NCBI GenBank assembly: GCA_039933845.1
Contig: JBDTNH010000003.1
Coordinates: 2,888 to 66,887 of the forward strand
Direction of reading: 5' to 3'
DNA from: Gemmatimonadota bacterium
GTDB taxonomy: Bacteria; Gemmatimonadota; Gemmatimonadetes; Gemmatimonadales; GWC2-71-9
Length of the DNA stretch: 64,000 nucleotides
Translations under genes and position numbers: made by a program
Notes under the pieces: model-generated
What the model was told of the DNA's origin: nothing
Seen by the model: only the letters and a program-made list of their open reading frames with translations
Database searches by the model: none
In this document: positions 16,277-27,316 of the stretch, piece after piece
Layout of the letters: every line of letters begins with the position of its first letter
How positions within the stretch are numbered: position 1 is the first letter of the stretch

Positions 16277-17064
16277 GGCACCCGAATCGACAAGCAACTG
16301 AGCCCGCCGTCCATCTTCCGGAACTCCGACATCTCGAGCGGCACCACGCGGTGCCCCATCGCCGTCAGCTTGGCGCTGAGCGCCGGATAGCCGGCCGGCA
16401 CCAACAGCACCTTGTTGACGCGGACGGAGTTGGCGGCATACGCCTCGTCGGCCGGCACCTCGACCACGTCGAATTCCGAGAGCACGGCCCGTGTGGCGAG
16501 TGAACCGACCGCCAGCAATTGGCTCCCACCGAGCCAGACCAGGCCGCTCTTGAGATGGAGCAGCGCGGGATCGTTCCGCAGATTCACGGTGCTCGAGGAG
16601 TAGCCGCGGGCGTGTAGCCAGCGCGCCAACTGATCGGCACCCGCCTCGTTGGTGCGCGCCGACAATCCGATGAAGAAGTGGCTGCCGGCCTGACAGATGT
16701 CGCCACCATCGACGGTGCCTGGCTCGGTGATCGCGTTGACGGCGTGCCCCAGCAGTCGCTCGAGTGCGGCGTGCATCGTGACCACTTCGCCGGCGCGGCT
16801 CATGGCACCCGGTCGGCAGAGGATCGCGCCCTTGGCGGTGACGACGGCAGTGTCCTCGACAAAGGTCGAATCCGGATAGTTCGTGTCGGCCGGAAGCACA
16901 GTGACGCGTGCACCGGCCGCTTCGAGTGCCGCGACGTACGCCGCGTGCTGCACGCGCGCGAGCGCCAGATCGGGAGCGCCAAGCTGGGCGCTGGTGAGCC
17001 CGCGGGCGTAACTGTCCGACGGCGGACAAACGATCGCACGCGAGAACTCCGTACCGTCGCTCAT
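16273..17064 (-). CDS. ddaH: Dimethylarginine dimethylaminohydrolase
   Basis: PDSTFVEDT, DGGD, LHLKSG and DGGLSCLS motifs. Confidence 0.9.
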   Translation of the reverse strand: MSDGTEFSRAIVCPPSDSYARGLTSAQLGAPDLALARVQHAAYVAALEAAGARVTVLPADTNYPDSTFVEDTAVVTAKGAILCRPGAMSRAGEVVTMHAALERLLGHAVNAITEPGTVDGGDICQAGSHFFIGLSARTNEAGADQLARWLHARGYSSSTVNLRNDPALLHLKSGLVWLGGSQLLAVGSLATRAVLSEFDVVEVPADEAYAANSVRVNKVLLVPAGYPALSAKLTAMGHRVVPLEMSEFRKMDGGLSCLSIRVP

Positions 17065-18383
17065 GTCGTTCCCCTGGATCGTTTCACCATCAGGTACACT
17101 GGCCAGCTCGCCGCGAGCAGCAGAATCGACCTGAGTGAGTTGGTGCGATCACTGATGACAGAGCCGACCAAAAAGGCGATCGATCCGACAAGCACGATCC
17201 CGGTGGTATAGGGAAACCCCGGCACCCGAAACGGGCGTGGCGTGTCGGGCTCGGTGCGGCGCAGCACAAAGATGGCTGCGAACGTCATGGCATAGTCCGC
17301 CACGAAGAAGAACGCGGCCAGCGCCAGCACGGTGTTGAAGGTGCCGGAGAGGACAAAGACCAGCGAGGCCGCCACCGAGAGACCGTGCGCCACCACTGGT
17401 GTGCCGCCGGCATTGACCAGATCGATGCGCGTGGGCATCAACCCGTCACGGCTCATCGCGAGCGGGATGCGTGCGGCGAAGAGCGTGTTGGCATTGATGC
17501 CGCCGAGCAACGCGATCAGCACGATCACGCGAATGACGAGGTCGCCCTTTGGGCCAAAGAGGATCGCACCGGCCGAGCCCGCGACGAACGGATCGCTGCC
17601 CATGGCCTGGATGCCCACGACGCGGAGCATCGCCATGTTGAAGAGGACATAGATCAGGATCACGATCAGGACGCCGCCGATCATCGTGCGCGGCAGCGTG
17701 CGGTCGATGTCCACCGTCTCCTCGCCGAAGTAGAGCGGACCGGTCCAGCCGTCGTAGGTGAAGATCACCGCTTGCAGTGCGAGGACGACGCCGGCGAGGA
17801 GGCCGGAACCGACGAGCGCCGGCGGGGCTGCCCCCACCAGCACGTCGGGGACGGTCATCACGAGGCCCGCCACGATCAACACGGCGAAGGCAAGCGCCTT
17901 CAGGCCGCTCAGGATCTGTTGGGCGAAATCGCCGTTCTTCACGCCGTTCCACTGCAGCCAACCGAAGGCGAGCACCACAGTGGTCGCGATCGCCTTCACT
18001 CCGCCAGGGATGACTGGCAGCAGCGGCATCAGGAACTCTCCAAAGACGATCGCTGCGAGCGAGATGCTCGCCACCGTGGAGAACCAGTCGCTCCACCCCA
18101 CGACGAAACCGGCATAGGGGCCGAGGGCCCGTCGGACGATCGGATACTGTCCGCCCGACCTCCGAACGATCACGCCACCCTCCGCCAGCGACATCGCGCC
18201 GAGCAAGGCGTAGAGGCCACCGACGATCCAGACGGCGATGAAGAGCCCGTTGCTGGGCAACTGGGCCGCGACCTCGCCAGGGGTACGCATGATCCCTGTC
18301 GCGATCGTGGTGCCGACCAGGACAGCGAGACCGAACGCCACGCCGAGCACCTGATGAAGTTTGCCGCGAGACGGGGGAACCAT
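17061..18383 (-). CDS. APC family amino acid permease
   Basis: GTTIATGI, SGGQY, FTYDGW, PRPFRVP; about 12 TM; start approximate. Confidence 0.9.
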   Translation of the reverse strand: MVPPSRGKLHQVLGVAFGLAVLVGTTIATGIMRTPGEVAAQLPSNGLFIAVWIVGGLYALLGAMSLAEGGVIVRRSGGQYPIVRRALGPYAGFVVGWSDWFSTVASISLAAIVFGEFLMPLLPVIPGGVKAIATTVVLAFGWLQWNGVKNGDFAQQILSGLKALAFAVLIVAGLVMTVPDVLVGAAPPALVGSGLLAGVVLALQAVIFTYDGWTGPLYFGEETVDIDRTLPRTMIGGVLIVILIYVLFNMAMLRVVGIQAMGSDPFVAGSAGAILFGPKGDLVIRVIVLIALLGGINANTLFAARIPLAMSRDGLMPTRIDLVNAGGTPVVAHGLSVAASLVFVLSGTFNTVLALAAFFFVADYAMTFAAIFVLRRTEPDTPRPFRVPGFPYTTGIVLVGSIAFLVGSVISDRTNSLRSILLLAASWPVYLMVKRSRGTT

Positions 18384-18433
18384 TGAGATCCTGTGAGGGC
18401 GGTAGGGCGGGAAAGGTATCACGCTCCGCGACT

Positions 18434-18470
18434 CGCCAACCAAACCGCGGCTTGACAGCCGCGGCTAGGC
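18434..18470 (-). repeat. REP-like hairpin, family B
   Basis: Minus strand GCCTAGCCGCGGCTGTCAAGCCGCGGTTTGGTTGGCG. Confidence 0.8.
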
Positions 18471-18491
18471 GGTCGGGCCTAAGTTTCGCAC

Positions 18492-19946
18492 ATGCCCACC
18501 ACCAAGCGCTCCTTCCTCTCGGCCCTCACCTGCCCCACCATGGGTTGGTACGAACAACACGCCGGCGGCGGCACACCAGCCGTCGGCCTGCAGTGGCGGT
18601 TCTTCGAGGGCAACCTGGTGCAGCGCCTGGCGCGCGAATGGCTGGGCGAGGGCACACTATTGCCGTCGGGCCAAACCGCAATGGCGCTCGAGCACAGTCG
18701 TGCCGCCCTCGACGACCCAACCAACACTCTTCTCTTCGAGGCCTCGTTCGCGGCCGATGGCGCGGTGGCGCGCGCCGACGCCCTCCGTCGCACCGCCGAC
18801 GGCTGGGAGTTGATCGAGATCAAGGCCGGCAGCAGTCGCGACGATACACCGCTCAAGCCCGACCACATCGACGATGTCGCCTATACGTGGGCCGTGCTGA
18901 CGGCCGCCGGCGTGCCGCTCACCGCCGCGTCGCTGGTGATGATCAATGCCGACCATGTCGAGGGGAGCGGCAGCGAACCGCTCACCATTCGCGACGCGAC
19001 GGCAGAGATCACCGAACGCGCCGCACTCTTCCGCGACAACCTCGCCGACGTCGCGCAGCAACTCGCCGGTGATCGTCCCGCGCCGACCCTGATCTACGAC
19101 TGCCGCCACTGCGATCACTTCGGTGTCGACTGCATGGGGGTCGGGATCCCCGATCCGCTCTTCGACCTGCCGGGCCTCCGCGTGCAACGCTGGGACAAGC
19201 TGATCTCATTCGGCGAGCGGATCTCCGAGCTGCCCGTCGACGCCGACCTGACCGACAACCAGGCCGCGTATGCCGCCGTGCTGAGGTCCGGCACCCCCGC
19301 CATCGACAGCGACGTCCTGAAACATCTCGACGACATCGCCTACCCGATCCACTACCTCGACTTCGAGGCGATCCAGCCCGCGCTGCCGTGGTTTGCCGGC
19401 ACCTCACCGTACCAGAAGCATCCGTTCCAGTACTCACTCCACGTGCGGCCCGCGGCCAATACACCACTCGAGCACCACGAGTACCTCGCACTCGCCCTCG
19501 GCGACTGGCGCCGCGAGTTCGCCGAGTCGCTGCTCACCGCGCTCGGCGAGCGCGGATCGATCCTCGTTTACTCGAGCTACGAGTCACAGGTCCTGAACCA
19601 GTTGGCCGCGTGGTTTCCCGACCTCGAGTCGCGCATCGACGCAGTGCGGAAGCGACTGTTCGACCTGGAGAAGGTCGTCAAGAAGGGCTACCTGCACCCC
19701 GCCTTTCGCGGCAAGAGCTCGATCAAGAAGGTGCTGCCAGTCGTCGCACCAGACTTGTCGTACGATGGACTCGATGTCGCCGGTGGCGAGGATGCGATGG
19801 CGGTGTTCGGGTTCATGTATCTGGGCGAGTACCCCACCCCGGAGCATGCGCGCCACCGCGCCGCGCTGCTCGAGTACTGCAAGCTCGACACGGCGGCGAT
19901 GGTGCGGGTGCACGAGGCGCTTGTAGGCGTGAAGCGAGAGGCGTGA
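18492..19946 (+). CDS. DUF2779 protein (PD-(D/E)XK-like N-terminus plus RNase H-like C-terminus)
   Basis: ARADAL...LIEIK; CRHC...C; YLDFE, PFQYSLH, SIKKVLP, YCKLDT. Confidence 0.85.
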   Translation: MPTTKRSFLSALTCPTMGWYEQHAGGGTPAVGLQWRFFEGNLVQRLAREWLGEGTLLPSGQTAMALEHSRAALDDPTNTLLFEASFAADGAVARADALRRTADGWELIEIKAGSSRDDTPLKPDHIDDVAYTWAVLTAAGVPLTAASLVMINADHVEGSGSEPLTIRDATAEITERAALFRDNLADVAQQLAGDRPAPTLIYDCRHCDHFGVDCMGVGIPDPLFDLPGLRVQRWDKLISFGERISELPVDADLTDNQAAYAAVLRSGTPAIDSDVLKHLDDIAYPIHYLDFEAIQPALPWFAGTSPYQKHPFQYSLHVRPAANTPLEHHEYLALALGDWRREFAESLLTALGERGSILVYSSYESQVLNQLAAWFPDLESRIDAVRKRLFDLEKVVKKGYLHPAFRGKSSIKKVLPVVAPDLSYDGLDVAGGEDAMAVFGFMYLGEYPTPEHARHRAALLEYCKLDTAAMVRVHEALVGVKREA

Positions 19947-19990
19947 AGCGAGAAGCGAGGGGTGCTCACTTCTCACTTCTCGCACCTCGC
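19928..19990. repeat. Inverted pair of degenerate heptamer arrays
   Basis: GTGAAGC/GAGAAGC run overlapping the stop, then CTCACTT/CTCGCAC run. Confidence 0.75.
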
Positions 19991-20020
19991 GTTATCGTTG
20001 ACCTTCCATCCGGAGGTCCC

Positions 20021-20890
20021 ATGCCTCTCCAGCGTCCCATCAAGTGGTTCGGTATCGCTCTCGGCGTGCTCCTGCTGTTGGTCGTCGCCGCAGGCACGGT
20101 ATTCGGCCTGATCGGGCGTTCGCGCCTCAAGGGCACTCCCGTTTTTCCGCCCGACCTCGCCCAGGCACCGACGGACTCGACGACTCTCGCCGAAGGCGAA
20201 CGCCTCGTCACGATCTTCGGATGCCGAGGGTGCCATGGACCCGACCTCGGTGGACAGCTGGTGGTCGACATGCCGCTCGGACGATTCGTCGCCCCGAACC
20301 TCACCAGCGGTGCCGGTGGCGTGGGCGACAGCCTCCAGCCTGCCGACTGGAACCGCGCCATCCGCTTCGGGATCCGGCGCGACTCGACCCATCTCGCGCC
20401 GTTCATGCCGTTCGAATTGTTCAACCAGATCAGCGATGCCGACGCCAGCGCCATGATCGCCTACCTGCGGCAGGCTCCCGCCGTCGACCACGTCATCGAG
20501 CCGACCCACGTCCGACTCCTGGGCTACATCGTACTCGGGGCGAGCTCCCGCGAGTCGATGCTCCCCGCGCTCGGCCGCCCATCCGCCACCTCACCGACGC
20601 CAGGCACGATAGAACAGGGTGCCTACATTGCCGCCATCGTCTGCTCCGAGTGTCACGGTGAGCGACTGACCGGCGGCCAACATCCGGCGCCCGACGCGCC
20701 ACCGGGTCCAAGCTTGATTCACTATGGGAATTGGCCAGTTGACAGCCTCGAGCGCGTCGTGCGCTCGGGCGTCGGACCCGGCAATCGGGCGCTCAACCAT
20801 TGGATGCCGAGCAAAGGACAGCTGGATCGTTTGAGCGACGAGGAACTCGTCGCGCTCCACGCGTACATTCGTTCGCTGCGGCCAACCTGA
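20021..20890 (+). CDS. Di-heme c-type cytochrome
   Basis: CRGCH and CSECH; N-terminal TM; GGAGG RBS. Confidence 0.88.
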   Translation: MPLQRPIKWFGIALGVLLLLVVAAGTVFGLIGRSRLKGTPVFPPDLAQAPTDSTTLAEGERLVTIFGCRGCHGPDLGGQLVVDMPLGRFVAPNLTSGAGGVGDSLQPADWNRAIRFGIRRDSTHLAPFMPFELFNQISDADASAMIAYLRQAPAVDHVIEPTHVRLLGYIVLGASSRESMLPALGRPSATSPTPGTIEQGAYIAAIVCSECHGERLTGGQHPAPDAPPGPSLIHYGNWPVDSLERVVRSGVGPGNRALNHWMPSKGQLDRLSDEELVALHAYIRSLRPT

Positions 20891-20897
20891 AGAGCAC

Positions 20898-20930
20898 TCG
20901 AGCTCGTGGCTAAAGCCACGGCTCGGCCGC
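20898..20930 (-). repeat. REP-like hairpin, family B
   Basis: Minus strand GCGGCCGAGCCGTGGCTTTAGCCACGAGCTCGA. Confidence 0.75.
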
Positions 20931-21032
20931 CTCGTTTCTCATTTCTCGTTTCTCGCTTCTCGCTTCTCGCTTCTCGCTTCTCGCTTCTCGCTTCTCGCTT
21001 CTCGTTTCTCGTTTCTCGCTTCTCGCTTCTCA
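20929..21032 (-). repeat. Heptamer tandem array (~14 units)
   Basis: TCTCGCT/TCTCGTT units. Confidence 0.95.
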
Positions 21033-21038
21033 CAGGAC

Positions 21039-21728
21039 CTACCCAGCCACCCGATCGGTGACAACGTCGGCGCGCTCGTGCGCCACCCGCCCCGCCGGAA
21101 TACTCGGGTCACCCCAGACCATCCGGTCGAGAGCCTCACCCTTGTCGGGCCCACTCACCACCCAGAGCAGCCGCCGCGCGTTGGCCAGCACCGGATAGGT
21201 GAGCGTCATGCGACGATGCCCCTGATACACCGCCGTCACGGCAACATCAGCGGTCGCCTCGAGCGCACGGTCACCCGGCACCAGTGATGCCGTGTGTCCG
21301 TCCGCGCCCAGCCCCAGATGCACCAGGTCAAGCACCGGCGGCTTCCGCGCCACGCGGTGCAACGTGTCGGCATAGAGTGCGGCGGCGTCGACCCGGTCGA
21401 CCGCCTCGACCGGCATCGCGTGCAACTGATCGGCCGGCAGTCCGATCCGGGAGATGAGGTGCTCCTCGAGTCCGGTGAGATTACGTGCGATATCTCCTGC
21501 TGGTGCCACACGCTCATCGACCTGAAAGAGATGCACCCGTGCCCAGGGAATCTCCAGTTCTGCCAGCGCGTCGAACATTGGCAGCGGCGTCGAGCCACCA
21601 CTCACCGCCAACAGGAATTGGCCGCGACGATGCACGGCGTCCCATGCCGCAGCGGCGATGACCGCTGCGGCGTGCGCGGCCACCGCCGCCGCATCGGCGA
21701 GGACAGTGATCCGTTCCTTCGGGATCAC
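21039..21728 (-). CDS. pgl: 6-phosphogluconolactonase
   Basis: SGGSTP, VDER, LGLGADGHTASL, RMTLT. Confidence 0.9.
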   Translation of the reverse strand: MIPKERITVLADAAAVAAHAAAVIAAAAWDAVHRRGQFLLAVSGGSTPLPMFDALAELEIPWARVHLFQVDERVAPAGDIARNLTGLEEHLISRIGLPADQLHAMPVEAVDRVDAAALYADTLHRVARKPPVLDLVHLGLGADGHTASLVPGDRALEATADVAVTAVYQGHRRMTLTYPVLANARRLLWVVSGPDKGEALDRMVWGDPSIPAGRVAHERADVVTDRVAG

Positions 21729-21735
21729 CGCTTGC

Positions 21736-22749
21736 TCATCCCTTCTTCTCGTTGTGGCCACCGAACGCATGGCGCATTGCCGAGAGCAGCTTGTCGCCGT
21801 AGTCCGACTCGCCGCGTGACGAGAAGCGCTGATACAGCGCTGCGCTCAACACCGGTGCCGGCACCGCCTCGTCGATCGCTGCCTTGATCGTCCAGCGTCC
21901 CTCGCCCGAGTCCGACACGCGCCCCTCGTAGCCCGCCAGGTCCGGATGCCCGTGCAACGCGCCAGCCGTCAAGTCAAGCAACCACGACGCGATCACACTG
22001 CCGCGTCGCCAAACCTCCGCGATCTCACCGAGATCCAGATCATACTGGTACAGTTCCGGCTGACGCATCGGCGTGGTCTCGGCGTCGTGTCCCACGGCGG
22101 TGGCGCCGACATTCGCATGACGCAGGATGTTGAACCCTTCGGCATAGGCGGCCATCATGCCGTACTCGATGCCGTTGTGGACCATCTTGACGAAGTGCCC
22201 GGCACCGGCGGGCCCGCAGTGCAAATACCCGTGGCCAGCGGTGCCCTTCGTGTCGTCGCGTCCAGGCGTCCCGTCGGCCGAATCGATCGGCGGCGCGAGG
22301 GCGGCGAAGACCGGATCGAGGCGCTGGACCGGTTCCTTCTCGCCGCCGATCATCTGACAGTAGCCGCGTTCCAGTCCAAACACACCGCCACTGGTGCCGA
22401 CATCGACGTAGTGCAGGCCGCGTTGCCCAAGCTCCTTCGCGCGACGGATGTCGTCGACATAGTACGAGTTGCCACCGTCGATGATCGTATCTCCCTTGGC
22501 GAGTAGCGGCGCCAGTTCCGCGATCGCCGCATCGACCACACCGGCCGGAACCATCAGCCAGATCGCGCGCGGTGCCGGCAACTGGTCGACCAGTTCCTGG
22601 AGTGTGTGTGCACCGAGCGCGCCTTCCGTGACGAGAGCATCAACGGCATCGGGCATCCGATCATGCACGACGCAGGCGATGTCGGCGCGTGCGAGTCGTC
22701 GCACCATGTTGGCGCCCATCCTGCCGAGTCCGATCATGCCGAGTTTCAT
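21736..22749 (-). CDS. gnd: 6-phosphogluconate dehydrogenase (short, YqeC-type)
   Basis: GLGRMG, IDGGNS, GHFVKMVHNGIEYG, DSGEGRW. Confidence 0.95.
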   Translation of the reverse strand: MKLGMIGLGRMGANMVRRLARADIACVVHDRMPDAVDALVTEGALGAHTLQELVDQLPAPRAIWLMVPAGVVDAAIAELAPLLAKGDTIIDGGNSYYVDDIRRAKELGQRGLHYVDVGTSGGVFGLERGYCQMIGGEKEPVQRLDPVFAALAPPIDSADGTPGRDDTKGTAGHGYLHCGPAGAGHFVKMVHNGIEYGMMAAYAEGFNILRHANVGATAVGHDAETTPMRQPELYQYDLDLGEIAEVWRRGSVIASWLLDLTAGALHGHPDLAGYEGRVSDSGEGRWTIKAAIDEAVPAPVLSAALYQRFSSRGESDYGDKLLSAMRHAFGGHNEKKG

Positions 22750-23426
22750 GGAGTGGATCCTGATGGTGAGTGATAGGGCGGTTGCCAGAGGCGGAAGCCG
22801 CCCGTGAATGCGTTGTCGTTGTCGCCCAGGAGGACATGCTCCGGCAGCTCATCGAGTCGGTCGGCGTTGCCGCCACCGATCACGATGTATTCCGGTTGCA
22901 ACGCCGCACGGAGCAACTCAACGACTCGCCAGACATGTTTGGTCCACTTCTTCTCGCCGAGGCGGTCACGGCCGTCGTCGCCCAGGTACTCCTCGTAGCT
23001 CTTGTGTTTGCGGTACGGCAAATGCGCGAGTTCCATCGGCTGGATGATGTCGTCGACAATCATCGCCGAGCCGAGCCCGGTGCCGAGTCCGAGAAAGAGC
23101 ATCGAGCCACCGTTGTAGCTGCCGAGTGCCTGCATGGCGGCATCATTGATGAGTCTCACGGGGCAGTCGAACGCGGTACGGAAATCGAACGATGTCCACC
23201 CAGCCGCGAGATTGCGAGGCTCCTTCGTGATGCGGCCGCGTTGCACCACACCGGGATAGCCGATCGTCACGGCATCGTAGTGCCAGTCGCTTGTCATCTC
23301 GCGGGCAGCGGTGATCATCGCATCCGGTGTCATGTCATGGCCCGAGTCGGCCTTGCGCGATTCGTGTCGGTCAGAGGCCAATACCTTCACATGACTGCCA
23401 CCGACATCGATCGTGAGCACGATCAT
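22746..23426 (-). CDS. ROK family sugar kinase (polyphosphate glucokinase-like)
   Basis: [29 protein letters not shown]. Confidence 0.85.
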   Translation of the reverse strand: MIVLTIDVGGSHVKVLASDRHESRKADSGHDMTPDAMITAAREMTSDWHYDAVTIGYPGVVQRGRITKEPRNLAAGWTSFDFRTAFDCPVRLINDAAMQALGSYNGGSMLFLGLGTGLGSAMIVDDIIQPMELAHLPYRKHKSYEEYLGDDGRDRLGEKKWTKHVWRVVELLRAALQPEYIVIGGGNADRLDELPEHVLLGDNDNAFTGGFRLWQPPYHSPSGSTP

Positions 23427-24802
23427 GGTGTCGCCTTCGGATTGGCCCAGCCACCGACATCACTCGCCAGGATCTCTGCGGCATCGGGGCCCCAGCTCCC
23501 GACCTCATACTGGTGCACCGGTGTGGCATCGCCGAGCACCGGTTCGACGATGGACCAGGCCGCCTCGACGGCATCCTGTCGTGCGAAGAGTGTTTGGTCA
23601 CCGTCCATGGCCTCGCCGAGGAGTCGTTCGTAGGCACTCATCTCATCGCAGTCGGACCGGTTGAGGAGGACCAGTTCGGTCGGCACGCCTCGCATCGAGT
23701 CGCCGGGCTCCTTGATGAGTACTCCCATGGCGATGCGCAGGTCCGGATTGACGCGAAGGTGCAGATGGTTCCCGGTCCCGGGCGCGAGCGTGGTGAGTGG
23801 TGGTCGCTTGAACTCGACCACCACTTCGGTTGCGGTCACTGGCATATCCTTGCCGGCGCGGATCAGGAATGGCACGCCGTCCCAGCGCCACGAGTCGACG
23901 GTCAGCCGGAGTGCGGCGAAGGTCTCCACCGTGGAATCCTTCGCGACACCCGCCTCGTCGCGATAGCCGGCGAACTGACCGCGGATCACATCTTCCGGAG
24001 CCAACGGCCGGATCTGCCGGAACACCTTGACCAGTTCGTCGCGGATCGCCTCGTTGTAGGTGGTCGCTGGTGGTTCCATCGCCACGAAGCCGATGATCTG
24101 CATCAGGTGATTCTGGATCACGTCACGGATCGCACCGGCCTCCTCGTAGAAGCTGCCGCGTCCGTCCACTCCGAACGATTCGGCCATGGTGATCTGGACG
24201 CTCTCGATGTAGTTGCGGTTCCAGATCGGCTCGAGGAAGGTGTTGGCGAACCGGAACACCAGAAGATTTTGCACCGCCTCCTTGCCGAGGTAGTGGTCGA
24301 TCCGGAAGACCGCGCGTTCGTCGAAGACCGTGTGAATCGTGTCACTCAACGCCTTGGCCGATGCGAGGTCGCGCCCGAACGGCTTCTCGACGATCACGCG
24401 GGCATCGTCGGCCGAGCCCGAGGCGCCGAGATGATCAACCACGACCGGGAAGAGACTGGGTGGAATCGCGAGATAGTGGATTGGGCGCTTGGCGTCGGCG
24501 AGTGCTTCCTTCAGCCGATCGAAGGTGCTGCGCTCGTTGTAGTCGCCGCCGACGTAGCGGAGCAGGTCACAGAGTTTCGCGCATGCGGCCTCGTCGACGC
24601 CCTCGTCGCTCGCTTCGAGCGACTCGCGGGCGCGATCGCGCAGCTTGTCGAGCGACCAATCCTGGCGGGCCACGCCGATGATCGGCACATCAAGGTGGCC
24701 GTGGCGGATCATCGCCTGGAGTGCGGGAAAGATCTTCTTGAAGGCCAAGTCGCCGGTGGCACCAAAGAAGACGAAAGCATCGGACCGTGCAGGGTCGGTC
24801 AT
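23423..24802 (-). CDS. zwf: Glucose-6-phosphate dehydrogenase
   Basis: [28 protein letters not shown]. Confidence 0.96.
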   Translation of the reverse strand: MTDPARSDAFVFFGATGDLAFKKIFPALQAMIRHGHLDVPIIGVARQDWSLDKLRDRARESLEASDEGVDEAACAKLCDLLRYVGGDYNERSTFDRLKEALADAKRPIHYLAIPPSLFPVVVDHLGASGSADDARVIVEKPFGRDLASAKALSDTIHTVFDERAVFRIDHYLGKEAVQNLLVFRFANTFLEPIWNRNYIESVQITMAESFGVDGRGSFYEEAGAIRDVIQNHLMQIIGFVAMEPPATTYNEAIRDELVKVFRQIRPLAPEDVIRGQFAGYRDEAGVAKDSTVETFAALRLTVDSWRWDGVPFLIRAGKDMPVTATEVVVEFKRPPLTTLAPGTGNHLHLRVNPDLRIAMGVLIKEPGDSMRGVPTELVLLNRSDCDEMSAYERLLGEAMDGDQTLFARQDAVEAAWSIVEPVLGDATPVHQYEVGSWGPDAAEILASDVGGWANPKATP

Positions 24803-27207
24803 GGTGTACTCGGTGTGGCAGGAATGATGGAGGTCCGGAAATCCTGGCCTTCCCATTGATCAGCATCATGCCAGTGCATGGTGAAATCGACGTGGGTATC
24901 GGCCGGAAGGTTTCCGGTAGGGAGGTCGATCAGGTGGATTCCGAGTCCGGTGGCGCGGGCAGGGGTGTCATGCGTGGTGGCCCACCCGTCGATCGACCAA
25001 TGCAAGGTCGCTGCAGCTCGGACTTCGATGCGGAGAATCAGGCCGGCCGACATCGTGCTCGCCCGCCGATCGAATCGCCAGCAGGCGAACGGTGTCCCCG
25101 GATGATCCTGATGGTAACGCTCGACCGGTTGTGGCGGCATGTCGAACACGGCGCCATCGGCCAAGGAGTGGCGCAGCTTGAGGTATTCGGCATGCGCCCA
25201 GACCAGCGGCATCGCCGACCCGGACGGCTTGCCACGGTAGAGTTCGCGCCGGGGAACATCGTCCTGATCCCAGACCTGTTCAGGGAGTAGCCCGCCGGCG
25301 TTGGCGAAATTGCCGTACACCTCGAGCAGATCGGCCGCGACGTCGAGTCGACCGGCGGCGATCTCGTAGTGCGCGCGCTCGCCGATCAGCAGTGGCCAGG
25401 GACGGCCGATTCCCACACCGTTGAAGGCAGAGCCGTCGGCGTGCTCTCCGTAGCCGTCACCATTGTATCGATACCAGACGGGTCCCTGCGGCAGCTCGAT
25501 CTTGAGTTTCGCGTCGATCACCTTGACCGTGTTGACGATCCGGGGATCATCGGCCGCGCGGAGCCCGAACCGGACCAGGGCCAGCGCATCGGGACTCACC
25601 AAGTCGGCGGTAGCAACCATGCCCTCGCCCGGTGCACGATTGTTGAGCTGGATGCTTCCCTCAAGCGGCGACGCCACATCGTCCGGCGTGATGCGCACGT
25701 AGTAGCCTTCGACGCCGACCTCCTGCGCCAGCGCGGTGCCTTCGACATAGGTCCACTGCTCGATCGACGCATTCCACGCATCGGCCGTCTCGCGCAGGTA
25801 CTCCGCCACCTCCGGCTCATACCGTTCCGCAAACTCGGCGGCCGCCAGCAACGCCGCGACCTCGACGGCGAGGGTGTACACCGAATAGCCAGACTCCTCT
25901 TCCCAGCGATCCTGCTCGGTGACGGGGCCGTGCTGCACGATAAACGCGGCGGCGCGGCGCACCATCGACCAGAGCTGGGCATGCACCAGGTCGGTGATCG
26001 CCCCGTGGCGATGCGCCAGATCGACCAACAGGATCGGCAATCCGGTCTCGTCCATCTGGATCCCGGGCCAGTAGGGCGTGCCGTCGAGCCACATGTTCTG
26101 CGGCCAACGGCCATCGGGTTCCTGCGTCACCGCGAGATAGCGGAGCACGCGATGCACATCCTCGTGTGCGCCCGCCGCGAGCAGGCCACCGGCGCTCTCC
26201 ACCAGATCACGTGGCCAGGCGAGATGATAGCCGCCGAGATCGTGATCGCCCTTCGCGTAGCCCCATGGGATCGAAAGCGAGGCGATCATGCCGCCGGGAA
26301 ATCGCGCCGATTCGTGCGTCAGGAGGACAGCCGTCGAGACCCGGTAGAGATCGCGCGTGCCCGCTCGCACCGTTGGCGGTGCGGCGAGGGTCGCCTGCCA
26401 GTCGCGCCATGCTGCGGTGTATTCCGTGAACGCCTCGTCAAAACCATCCCACAGCGACGCGGCCACGCGATGACCCGCCTCCGAGGCCGTTCGACCGAAG
26501 CCGACCGCGAGCGTGAATGCGCCGCCGGTGGCGACCAGATCGATCTGCCCGGTGAGCGCAACGTTGCCGTTGGTTGCTCGGCTGTGCTGAGGCATCAGCC
26601 GGTGGACGGCACGCAACTGCTGCCAGCCATCCGAAGTGCCAACGAACCCGACACTCCGGGCGAGCCAGTCGGTGGAGCAGGCGAGTGCGAGCGCGGTGCC
26701 GTCGCGTTCGGCGAAGAGCATCGGGATCCCCTTGCACTCCCCGACCCAGGCGGTGTTGCCCGCGCCGGCGTTGCCAAGGTGCGGCGCAAGCAGGGCGTAG
26801 AGACCGTAGTCCTCGAGCGACCCTTGGAGTGCCCGGAACTGCACACGCTGCAACACCACTTCGCGCTTCGGATCGGCGATGATCGTCTTCTCGATCGCGT
26901 AGCGATCGTCGGGGCATCGGCTCGTGAGATGGAACGCGGGAATCCCATCGGTCGGGGTCGTCACCTCGTGGACGGCCTGCCGCTTCTCCTCGGCGAGAAA
27001 CCCCTCGGGGCCGGTGATGACCAGCCCGAGGTCGCGGGTGCACGCCTGGTCGGCGCGCGGGTAGTAGATCTCGTTCAGGATGCCGTGACTGATCGTGAAC
27101 CAGACGCGGCCGTGCTCACCAAGCGCGGTACCGACACCACTCTTGGCGCTCGAGGTCCAGCGGGCGGGGATACCTGGGCCACCTGGTGCTTCCTCAGGGT
27201 CGTTCAC
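24799..27207 (-). CDS. GH15 glucoamylase/glucodextranase
   Basis: [34 protein letters not shown]; GTG start inferred. Confidence 0.9.
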   Translation of the reverse strand: MNDPEEAPGGPGIPARWTSSAKSGVGTALGEHGRVWFTISHGILNEIYYPRADQACTRDLGLVITGPEGFLAEEKRQAVHEVTTPTDGIPAFHLTSRCPDDRYAIEKTIIADPKREVVLQRVQFRALQGSLEDYGLYALLAPHLGNAGAGNTAWVGECKGIPMLFAERDGTALALACSTDWLARSVGFVGTSDGWQQLRAVHRLMPQHSRATNGNVALTGQIDLVATGGAFTLAVGFGRTASEAGHRVAASLWDGFDEAFTEYTAAWRDWQATLAAPPTVRAGTRDLYRVSTAVLLTHESARFPGGMIASLSIPWGYAKGDHDLGGYHLAWPRDLVESAGGLLAAGAHEDVHRVLRYLAVTQEPDGRWPQNMWLDGTPYWPGIQMDETGLPILLVDLAHRHGAITDLVHAQLWSMVRRAAAFIVQHGPVTEQDRWEEESGYSVYTLAVEVAALLAAAEFAERYEPEVAEYLRETADAWNASIEQWTYVEGTALAQEVGVEGYYVRITPDDVASPLEGSIQLNNRAPGEGMVATADLVSPDALALVRFGLRAADDPRIVNTVKVIDAKLKIELPQGPVWYRYNGDGYGEHADGSAFNGVGIGRPWPLLIGERAHYEIAAGRLDVAADLLEVYGNFANAGGLLPEQVWDQDDVPRRELYRGKPSGSAMPLVWAHAEYLKLRHSLADGAVFDMPPQPVERYHQDHPGTPFACWRFDRRASTMSAGLILRIEVRAAATLHWSIDGWATTHDTPARATGLGIHLIDLPTGNLPADTHVDFTMHWHDADQWEGQDFRTSIIPATPSTP

Positions 27208-27267
27208 TGCGGCGACTTTCTCATCCGTGCAACACAACAGGATTGGGTCGCGGATGCAACTGGAGTA

Positions 27268-27305
27268 CGTTTCTCGTCTCTCGTCTCTCGCTTCTCGCTT
27301 CTCGC
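27268..27305 (-). repeat. Heptamer tandem array
   Basis: TCTCG(T/C)(C/T) units ending just before the RBS. Confidence 0.85.
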
Positions 27306-27316
27306 CAGGAGTCCCC

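Noticed and set aside
18452-18485. TTGACA inside a family B hairpin as the -35 for DUF2779
   Set aside because: Spacing to the TAAGTT -10 is 22 nt, too long.
19388-20020. Long N-terminal extension of the cytochrome c ORF
   Set aside because: It overlaps DUF2779 out of frame; the RBS and TM segment support ATG 20021.
20722-21154. ORFs encoding REARSEK or SRFSLLA repeats (also near 28547, 34926, 47562 and 50241)
   Set aside because: These are translations of stop-free heptamer arrays, not genes.
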